NCBI GenBank assembly: GCA_036507075.1
Contig: DASXQR010000094.1
Coordinates: 1 to 15,774 of the forward strand
Source: Acidobacteriota bacterium
GTDB taxonomy: Bacteria > Acidobacteriota > UBA6911 > JACQSX01
Direction: 5' to 3'
Length of the DNA stretch: 15,774 nt
Part shown: in pieces, positions 1 to 6,282 of the stretch
Layout: every line of letters begins with the position of its first letter
Position numbering within the stretch: position 1 is the first letter of the stretch
Notes under the pieces: generated by a model
What the model was told of the DNA's origin: nothing
The model's input: only the letters and a program-made list of their open reading frames with translations
The model's database searches: none
Program-made: the position numbers and the translations under genes

Positions 1-150
1 GGGATTGAGGGATGGAGAGACTGAGAGACTGAGAGACTGAGAGACTGAGAGACTGAAGGACTGAGGGAACTGACGCTTCTCCATCTCTCCATCCCTCCAT
101 CCCTCCATCCCTCCATCTCTCCATCCCTCCATCCCTCCATCCCTCAATCC
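1..150. repeat. Inverted pair of 8-mer tandem arrays: (GAGAGACT)x5 at 15-54 in a GAGGGATK context, and (CTCCATCY)x8 at 79-142 plus CTCAATCC
   Basis: Read directly. Same family as 15580-15659. The last codons and stop of the peptidase gene (AGG GAT TGA on - strand) lie within the array. Confidence 0.95.
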
Positions 151-1307
151 CTCTTCATCTGCCTTGCGGACGGAAAAGCTGGAATCGGCTCGGCCATAAG
201 CACGGCGCGGACGATCGCCTGAGCGGTTGCTTCGGCGGCCAGAGATCCCACCAGGGCCAGAGCAGCTCGGCTGTCAAATCCAGACGCATTCGTACGCGTC
301 TCGATCTTGCCGGTGGAAATTGCAAAGATCGTGTCTCCGTCCATTGGCGTGTGCACCGGGTTTATGGCGCGTGCCAGCCCGTCGTGCGCCATCTGGGCGA
401 TCTTGGTCATTTCGGTCTTGTCAAATGCTGCGTTTGTCGCGACCACTCCAATGGTGGTGTTTCCGGCAATTCCGCCGGAATTGCGGCGGCCGAAAGAAGC
501 CTCCGAGTGCTTTCGAGTCTGCCAGGGAAGCGCATTTTTCTTCAGGCTTTCCATCGTGTTGGCAAAACCTTTTCCGTCCGGGGTGCGCGCCCCGGCCAGG
601 ATTTTTCCCGAACCCGGGTCGTAAACATCCCCGACGGCATTAACCACCATCAGCGCCGCCACCACCAGGCCGCCCGTTTTGATGCTGGCCGAGCCGACGC
701 CTCCTTTCATGGCGCGCTCCAGTCCGAACCACTTGCCCACTGTGGCCCCGGCTCCCGCACCCACGTTTCCCTCGGCAATTTTGCCGCTGGTGGCATTTTG
801 GCAGGCCGCGTAACCGGCGGCCTTGTCGGGCCTGATCTTTGGGTCCCCAAGAGAAAGGTCGATTAGAACAGCGGCAGGTACGATAGGTACCCTGCCCGCC
901 CTGGTTTCAAAACCAAAGCCTTTTTCTTCCAGATACTGCGATACTCCGCCGGCCGCCTCCAGCCCGAAGGCGCTTCCTCCTGCCAGCAATACCGCGTTGA
1001 CTTCCTGAACCAGGTTCAACGGATTGAGCGCGTCGGTTTCACGTGTGCCGGGGGCGCCCCCGCGAACGTCCACTCCCGCCACAGCGCCCTGCCCGACCAG
1101 TACCACCGTGCAGCCGGTCGGACGCCGGGTCTCGGTGAAGTGCCCGACTTTGACGCCATCGACGTCGCAAAGTCCGCCAGCATAAGAGGAAACGGCTGCG
1201 TTTTTTGTCTGCGGCTTACCCGCGTTTTTCATAATCGGTTCCCCCAACGGCGCGAGCAGGGCAAATGACAAGGCCTTATGAAATTCGCGTCTGCTGCATC
1301 TGCTCAT
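144..1307 (-). CDS. P1/S58 family (DmpA/ArgJ-like) peptidase with probable Tat signal peptide
   Basis: Family motifs DVDGVKVGH, TGCTVV, GVDVRGGAPGTRETD, LAGGSAFGL, GNVGAGAGA, NTTIGVVATNA, AHDGLARAINPVHTPMDGD. ATG at 1307 is preceded by a GGGAG SD and gives N-terminus MSRCSRREFHKALSFALLA (the ORF track starts at GTG 1358). Confidence 0.9.
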   Translation of the reverse strand: MSRCSRREFHKALSFALLAPLGEPIMKNAGKPQTKNAAVSSYAGGLCDVDGVKVGHFTETRRPTGCTVVLVGQGAVAGVDVRGGAPGTRETDALNPLNLVQEVNAVLLAGGSAFGLEAAGGVSQYLEEKGFGFETRAGRVPIVPAAVLIDLSLGDPKIRPDKAAGYAACQNATSGKIAEGNVGAGAGATVGKWFGLERAMKGGVGSASIKTGGLVVAALMVVNAVGDVYDPGSGKILAGARTPDGKGFANTMESLKKNALPWQTRKHSEASFGRRNSGGIAGNTTIGVVATNAAFDKTEMTKIAQMAHDGLARAINPVHTPMDGDTIFAISTGKIETRTNASGFDSRAALALVGSLAAEATAQAIVRAVLMAEPIPAFPSARQMKRD

Positions 1308-1584
1308 ACATTGCTCCCAGACAGCTATTGTAGCTGATGCGACTGCCAAGTCGACCACGGACGGGAACGTTGTGAAAACCTACGCCGACGGGTTTGGAAG
1401 CAGCGAAAAGATCAAAAAGCCGGAACCGCGAAGGCGCGAATCGATGACTGGCAAAAAAAAATGCATAGGCAGGCTGTGGATTTTTTTGTGGAAATTTTTC
1501 TGATGAGCCCGCCCGCGCTGAACAAGAGAGCCGATCGTGTTGTGCTGCGATCGAGTGCATCGCAAAAAATCTTGATTTTCGATG

Positions 1585-1612
1585 TTGACTGCTTTGCGCA
1601 ATCAAGTAGAAT
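1585..1612 (+). promoter_or_regulatory. Sigma70-type promoter for the structured ncRNA candidate
   Basis: TTGACT (1585-1590), 16 bp, TAGAAT (1607-1612). The predicted TSS at ~1619-1620 coincides with the first base of the RNA closing stem. A/T-rich tracts lie upstream. Confidence 0.75.
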
Positions 1613-1618
1613 CCCCCT

Positions 1619-1872
1619 TGTCCCAAGAGGTAGATGCGATTCGCGGCAACGGTTGTCCTGAATGGGATCCGCACATGGTCGGTCTGGAAACGGATTGATT
1701 AAATGTGTGGATAAGCCGTTCAGGGCACATAAGGTGACGCGAGCCTGAGCGACGGTTGTCCCGGGCTAAACCTGCTTCGGTGTCCGGACCCGAAAGGGTT
1801 CGGTTGCCAAGAAGGAGGCGGTAGTTCGGGGCACGTAAGTCGCAATGGATCGAGTGTCGATCACTTGGGACA
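1619..1872 (+). ncRNA. Highly structured ~254-nt non-coding RNA of unrecognised family with internal two-fold pseudo-symmetry
   Basis: Closing stem TGTCCCAAG/CTTGGGACA. Stem 1635-1641/1838-1844. Arm 1 has three stacked helices (1655-1665/1716-1726, 1667-1676/1703-1712, 1677-1686/1691-1700) capped by GAAA. Arm 2 has helices 1758-1768/1822-1832 and 1784-1791/1796-1803, also capped by GAAA. Hairpin 1848-1862. Many G-U pairs work only on the + strand. Promoter upstream, T-rich tail downstream, no credible ORF. Confidence 0.8.
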
Positions 1873-1940
1873 TTTTCGTTTCCGGGATCACTTTTCTAAC
1901 CAACGGCACGATGTGCCTGCCTGCGGCAATTTCCAAAAAT

Positions 1941-2174
1941 TCGGATTCGGAATGCTTTCAAATGCGAATTATCGGAATACGGAATACTTTCCAATGCGGA
2001 TTTCGGCATGCGGAATGCGGAATAATTGTTCGTGGTCAGTAGTCCGTAGTCAGTTGTGTGCATGGCCACGTGATTACCTAACGAATAATGGACCACGAAC
2101 AACGGACTACCGACTACGGACGACAGGCAGCTCTTTTATTCCGCATTCCGCATTCCGAAATCCGCATTTGAAAG
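1941..2174. repeat. Nested inverted heptamer-microsatellite element: (ATGCGGA)n...(TCCGCAT)n enclosing (GTAGTCM)n...(GGACTAC)n
   Basis: 1993-2025 is the reverse complement of 2136-2168 at 32/33 nt. Perfect inverted matches occur at 2026-2037/2091-2102, 2042-2051/2112-2121 and 1955-1966/2163-2174. Confidence 0.9.
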
Positions 2175-2176
2175 TA

Positions 2177-3805
2177 TCAGTTACCGCCATTCCCGCCGGC
2201 CATGGCGGCGGGGCCAGGAATCAGCAACTGAAAGAAGTTGGAGTTTTCAAATTCGTAGGACGCCTGAAGGCATTCTTCGAAGAGATGCACCCTGTCACGC
2301 TGGAAAAGTTGGACCAGGTAGTCGGTGATGCGCAACTCAGCCGGCGTGAGACGGCGGCGCAGCGTGGATCGCAGGGCGATGATTCGATCCGTGCATGTGT
2401 CCAAATCGTGGATCTTCCCCATCAATTTCTGAAAATCCTGGAGCTTTTCTAATTCCGTTTCGAAATTACGACTGCCGACCGACTCAAAAATCTCAAGTGT
2501 GTAACGAAGTTTCTTGCAACTGACGCGCAGGCGATGAAACTCTTCACGATCCAGCGGATTGCGCGCTGATTCAAGCCGGCTTCGCGCTTTGGTGGCCATT
2601 TGCTTCAATAGCCGGCGGGTGTTGGCGTAAGTCCCTTCCGAGGGGTCGACGCCGGCCTGCTTCACCGGCCGCTTGCGAATATGATAGTCCAGCGTGTCCT
2701 GAAGCTCGTCGAACAACCGATTCTGACGCGACTGATGCAGCGCGCGCGCCAGCCTGCTTTGCGCCGATTCACGCTCGTTCGCAATCTCATCCATCAAAAC
2801 CGGAAAGCCGGCGGACTCGGTTTGCTGCAATTTACGGTACGCAGAGAGCTGGTCAAGAAGCACGTCCAACTCGCGCAATTCACCGGCATGCATGCGAATC
2901 TTTCTGATTTCCTGCAGGTGAAGACGTCCGGTCGGGTAATAAGCCGAAAACGTGAGCAGCGCGTGCAGCAGCTTCATGGCGGAAATCCGAAGGAGCCTGA
3001 CATTGCTTGATTTCAAGTCATTCTCCGCTTCCTCGAACGCCTTCATGAACGTCCGCAGCAGCGATCGCTGCGCTGAAATTACCTGGCGCCGGAACATCTG
3101 CGGCGAATCCCGCAGTGCCGAGAAAGAGGTGATCACGCTTTCTTCATCCATCGGAAAGTTCCGATCCACCGCGGCGCGAAACAGCCGCTCGCGGGGGTAA
3201 GGCACGTCTTCGATACTGGCCTGGACCTTTCCGTTGCTGATCGACAGGACGGCGTACTGAGCGTGGCCGGTTCCGTTGAGGTGCTTGCCCACAGCGCCGC
3301 AGTTGATAACCCAGCCGTTCTTGAGCCGTCGCACAAAAGACTCGTGGCTGTGCCCGCAAATCAGAATCTGGCAATCGGTCTCCGAGAGCATTTCCTCCAA
3401 TTCCTTTGGCTTTCTCTGCGGCGTGATGTATTCCATTTCACTGAAGGGGCTTCCGTGCACAATCAGAATTTTTTTCCCTCCGATTTGGACTTGGCGGCGA
3501 GCGGGAAGCTTCTCGAGCTGGCTGAGATCGGAAAGGGTGAGACGTTTCAGGGTCCACCTGGCGAGCGGTTCACGTTCTTTTTTTCGCTCTCCGCGGGCTC
3601 TCAAGACCTTGAGATCGGAATTTCCACGGATGGATGTGACTCTGTGCTTTCTCAGCAATCGAAGAACTTCGCCCGGAAAAGGGCCGTCACCCACCAGATC
3701 TCCCGCGCAGTAGATCCGCCGGATCTTCCGTTTTCGGATGTCTTCCAGGACGCACTGCAACGCGGGCAGGTTGGCGTGGACATCGGAAATCAGCGCTATT
3801 CGCAT
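2177..3805 (-). CDS. Metallophosphoesterase (YfcE/MJ0936-like, calcineurin-like fold) fused to a C-terminal CHAD (polyphosphate-binding) domain
   Basis: N-terminal motifs SDVHAN, GDLVG, GNSD, VHGSP, GHSH, NCGAVG. C-terminal CHAD motifs GELRELDV, FHRLRVSCKKLRYTLE, LMGKIHDLD. Start taken at MRIALISD (3805), the typical family N-terminus. Confidence 0.88.
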   Translation of the reverse strand: MRIALISDVHANLPALQCVLEDIRKRKIRRIYCAGDLVGDGPFPGEVLRLLRKHRVTSIRGNSDLKVLRARGERKKEREPLARWTLKRLTLSDLSQLEKLPARRQVQIGGKKILIVHGSPFSEMEYITPQRKPKELEEMLSETDCQILICGHSHESFVRRLKNGWVINCGAVGKHLNGTGHAQYAVLSISNGKVQASIEDVPYPRERLFRAAVDRNFPMDEESVITSFSALRDSPQMFRRQVISAQRSLLRTFMKAFEEAENDLKSSNVRLLRISAMKLLHALLTFSAYYPTGRLHLQEIRKIRMHAGELRELDVLLDQLSAYRKLQQTESAGFPVLMDEIANERESAQSRLARALHQSRQNRLFDELQDTLDYHIRKRPVKQAGVDPSEGTYANTRRLLKQMATKARSRLESARNPLDREEFHRLRVSCKKLRYTLEIFESVGSRNFETELEKLQDFQKLMGKIHDLDTCTDRIIALRSTLRRRLTPAELRITDYLVQLFQRDRVHLFEECLQASYEFENSNFFQLLIPGPAAMAGGNGGN

Positions 3806-3860
3806 TAACTTAATATAGCGCAGTTTCGGCGCTCGGGGGCAGGGGCGCCGAGTCAACAAA

Positions 3861-4171
3861 CGGTTACGGGCTGACGAGTTGTGAGTTACGGGTTGGCGAG
3901 TTGGCGGGTTGGCGGGTTACGAGTTGACGGGTTACGAGTTGACGAGTTACGGGTTGACGAGTTGACGATACGGGTTGGCGAGTTGACGAGTCGGCGAAAT
4001 TCAAGACTCCAAACTGGAGAATGTTACATTTTCAATCCTTTTGCCGGCCGAACTCTGCATTTTCAGTTGGGATTTTCACTTCTTTAGTTCGGCGTACGCT
4101 TATTTTCACGACAGCAAAAACCTGTAACCCGTAACCCGCAAACCTGTAACCCGTAATCCGAAAACCCGTAA
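3861..4171. repeat. Inverted microsatellite arms: mixed 7/8-mers GRGTTAC/GRGTTGRC (3861-3996) and (GTAACCC/GAAAACCC)n (4119-4171) around an AT-rich core
   Basis: Read directly. Same family as 11941-12287. Confidence 0.88.
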
Positions 4172-4183
4172 TTTATTTCGCGC

Positions 4184-4921
4184 CTATTTCGTCGCCGTCA
4201 GGCTGAGGGAAAGCACGCTGAAGTCGTCGGTTTTATACGCGTCGTATTCAAATTCCTGAAGAATCCGGATGTCGCGAAATCCCGCCCCGGACAGCTTTGC
4301 AAGATAGACCTCGCGGTTCAGCGCGCCCGAGATACAATCTGCCCACAGTCTCGGGTCGCCGTGCTCCAGATCTTCAGAAGTGCCGCGCGTGACAATATCG
4401 GAGATCTGCAGGCGTCCCGATGGCCTCAGAACCCGGTAAGCTTCCGCAAAAACCCTGTCTTTATCGGGCGCAAGATTAATTACGCAGTTGGAAAGAATGA
4501 CATCAATCGAGTTTTCTTCAACCGGGAGATTCTCAATGTCCCCCAGACGAAACTCCACATTGTTAATGCCGGCGCGTCTGGCGTTTTCTCGCGCCTTGGA
4601 CACCATGGCTTCAGTCATGTCGACACCAATCACACGGCCGGCTGGGCCCACCTTGCGGGCTGCGAGAAAAACGTCAATTCCCGCGCCCGCTCCAAGATCA
4701 AGGACTACCATGCCCGGATCGAGGGCGGCCAACTCGGTCGGGTTGCCGCACCCGACATTCAGGTTGGCCTGGTCTGGAATAGACACAAGCTGCTCGTAGC
4801 TGTATCCCATTCCGACGGGCGAACAAACCTGCTGATCTCCTGTGCCGCAACAACCACCCGAACGCGCCAGGTTGCCATACTTCTCTTTCACGATTTGCTT
4901 GAGTTCACTTGCCGATTTCAT
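4184..4921 (-). CDS. arsM: Arsenite S-adenosylmethionine methyltransferase
   Basis: VKEKYG...GCCG N-terminus, NLNVGCGNP, SAM motif VLDLGAGAGID, VIGVDMT, LSNCVINL, WADCISGA (conserved ArsM cysteines). ATG at 4921 has a GAGG SD and overlaps the arsR stop (ATGA). Confidence 0.9.
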   Translation of the reverse strand: MKSASELKQIVKEKYGNLARSGGCCGTGDQQVCSPVGMGYSYEQLVSIPDQANLNVGCGNPTELAALDPGMVVLDLGAGAGIDVFLAARKVGPAGRVIGVDMTEAMVSKARENARRAGINNVEFRLGDIENLPVEENSIDVILSNCVINLAPDKDRVFAEAYRVLRPSGRLQISDIVTRGTSEDLEHGDPRLWADCISGALNREVYLAKLSGAGFRDIRILQEFEYDAYKTDDFSVLSLSLTATK

Positions 4922-5265
4922 GGTTTTCCTCGTGTGAAATGATTCGGGGCAACCGCCGAGACCGGCACCACATCGGTCCGGCCGCAGCACTCCGAAAACA
5001 GGAAGCGGAGCATGTCTGTAAGAGTGTCTTGGTCGACGGAATACCAGATCCACTGTTTCTCTTTGTGTGCCTTGAGAAGACCGACTTGTTTTAGTTTCTC
5101 CAGATGATGGTTGAGCGTCGATCCCGGAATTTTCAACTCCTGCTGGATCTGTCCCACTTTCAACCCCCCCAAATGAAAAGCGGAGAGCAGCAGTCTGACA
5201 ATTTCCAGACGCGAACCGTTTCCGAGTGCCTGGAACAAGTTTGAGTAATGCTCTACCTGGGGCAT
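4918..5265 (-). CDS. arsR: ArsR/SmtB family metalloregulator with C-terminal Cys-Cys (AfArsR-type As(III) site)
   Basis: FQALGNGSRLEIVRLL, HTH region VGQIQQELKIPGSTLNHHLEKLKQVGLL, C-terminal FLFSECCG. Translationally coupled to arsM. Confidence 0.88.
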   Translation of the reverse strand: MPQVEHYSNLFQALGNGSRLEIVRLLLSAFHLGGLKVGQIQQELKIPGSTLNHHLEKLKQVGLLKAHKEKQWIWYSVDQDTLTDMLRFLFSECCGRTDVVPVSAVAPNHFTRGKP

Positions 5266-5272
5266 ATTTCTA

Positions 5273-5294
5273 TATTTCTACATTTATCGAAATA
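5273..5294. promoter_or_regulatory. Probable ArsR operator (imperfect palindrome)
   Basis: TATTTC-TACATTTATC-GAAATA lies immediately upstream of the arsR start codon in an AT-rich patch. A TTGCAT -35-like hexamer abuts it on the - strand (5295-5300). Confidence 0.6.
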
Positions 5295-5372
5295 ATGCAA
5301 TAGGTTTCTTGCAGGGGGAAAACTTTGGAACCGCCCGGTGGCGTCGATTTTTTCACACGCTCTGTGGAGGGC

Positions 5373-5405
5373 AAAAAAAAGAGACGCGTTGCCGCGTCTC
5401 TTTTT
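5373..5405 (-). terminator. Intrinsic terminator (bidirectional-looking) downstream of the phosphatase gene
   Basis: A8-GAGACGCG-TTGC-CGCGTCTC-T5: perfect 8-bp stem with U8 on the - strand and U5 on the + strand. Confidence 0.85.
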
Positions 5406-5426
5406 GGGAAAGATTGTTACAGGAGC

Positions 5427-6029
5427 TTACTTCTGGCTGGCAACCGCTCCGGAGGCGATTCCGCTGGCAGCCGCTCGGTTGTGGCTGTTGTAGAAGTCGT
5501 ACACGTAGTCTTTGTACCCGCCATGGCCCCAGCTCGTGTAAAACCCGTAGTCCTTCATTTCGTTGTAAGCCTGGTCGATGTTCCAGCCGTCAGTTGTCAT
5601 GCGATAGACTGCCGTCATGGCGCCGGTGCGATGCCGCCCTCCGGCACAGTGCACAAAGATGGGCCAATTCTTCTGGTCTTGCGCCACGGACAGGAACTTT
5701 TGGACCTGCTCGTCGTAGGGCCGTTCGTGGTCATCCATGGGGATGTTAATGTAGTTGAGACCCAGCGATTTCACAGCGGACTGTTCATCGCGCCGATCTC
5801 CGTCCTGCAAATCAATCACAGTGCGAATGCCCAAACGTTGAAGGTCGGCGAAACCCTCTTGCTTTGGCTGTGCTCCCCGGAAGTAGTGATCATTTACCTT
5901 TCCAAAATTCTTAATGCCGACGCCGCCGGATGATTTTGCCCCCAGTGACAGGCTGAACAGTAAATTTAAGACTGCAAAAATTGCAATGGATGAGACGCGG
6001 ATCTTCGTTTGTTGTAAATTTTTCAACAT
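5427..6029 (-). CDS. Secreted Cys-based protein-tyrosine/dual-specificity phosphatase, PFA-DSP/Siw14-like
   Basis: P-loop VHCAGGRHRTG (CX5R), NFGKVNDHYFRGAQP, LGIRTVIDL. Hydrophobic N-terminus ending SLGA suggests a signal peptide. ATG at 6029 is preceded by a purine-rich SD. Confidence 0.85.
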   Translation of the reverse strand: MLKNLQQTKIRVSSIAIFAVLNLLFSLSLGAKSSGGVGIKNFGKVNDHYFRGAQPKQEGFADLQRLGIRTVIDLQDGDRRDEQSAVKSLGLNYINIPMDDHERPYDEQVQKFLSVAQDQKNWPIFVHCAGGRHRTGAMTAVYRMTTDGWNIDQAYNEMKDYGFYTSWGHGGYKDYVYDFYNSHNRAAASGIASGAVASQK

Positions 6030-6152
6030 TCCCTTTTGCCCCTTGGACTCGTGTGGATTTGGCTGGCCTGTAGACAACTTACAACAAATAGGACGCATAC
6101 GGAATGAAAAAGTTTGACATTATTTCAGCCCGGAATTGAATCTTTTTCCTAG

Positions 6153-6276
6153 CCACAAAGCCACAAAGGCACAAAGGCTACAACTTCAGCTATCAGTGAT
6201 ATTTATCGTTAATCGCGGCCGCTGTGTCACTTTTTACTATAATACTTTAATACTTTGTGCCTTTGTGGCTTTGTGG
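6153..6276. repeat. Perfect 24-bp inverted repeat of CACAAAG-type units around an AT-rich spacer
   Basis: CCACAAAGCCACAAAGGCACAAAG (6153-6176) is the exact reverse complement of 6253-6276. Same family as 13927-14081. Confidence 0.92.
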
Positions 6277-6282
6277 TTGAGT

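Noticed and set aside
1500..1525. CTGATGAG hammerhead-like core
   Set aside because: No correctly placed GAAA or flanking stems.
1475..1714. DnaA-box-like sequences (perfect TGTGGATAA at 1706-1714, weaker ones at 1475 and 1487) suggesting oriC
   Set aside because: There is only one perfect box and it lies within an RNA helix. No dnaA/dnaN/gidA context and no clear unwinding element.
1619..1872. Assignment of the ncRNA to 6S, SRP, tmRNA, RNase P or a known riboswitch
   Set aside because: It lacks the SRP helix-8 motif, tRNA-like ends with a tag ORF, and the GAGGAAAGUCC RNase P motif. It is branched rather than a 6S rod, and no same-strand gene lies downstream for a riboswitch. A divergent family member cannot be excluded without cmscan.
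1845..2452. ORFs 1845-2042, 1865-2452 and 1896-2102, and similar ORFs at 3881-4087 and 15526-15772
   Set aside because: Their periodic low-complexity peptides are translations of the microsatellite arrays.
3861..3996. Possible CRISPR array
   Set aside because: It consists of contiguous 7-8-nt units without unique spacers, and there are no cas genes.
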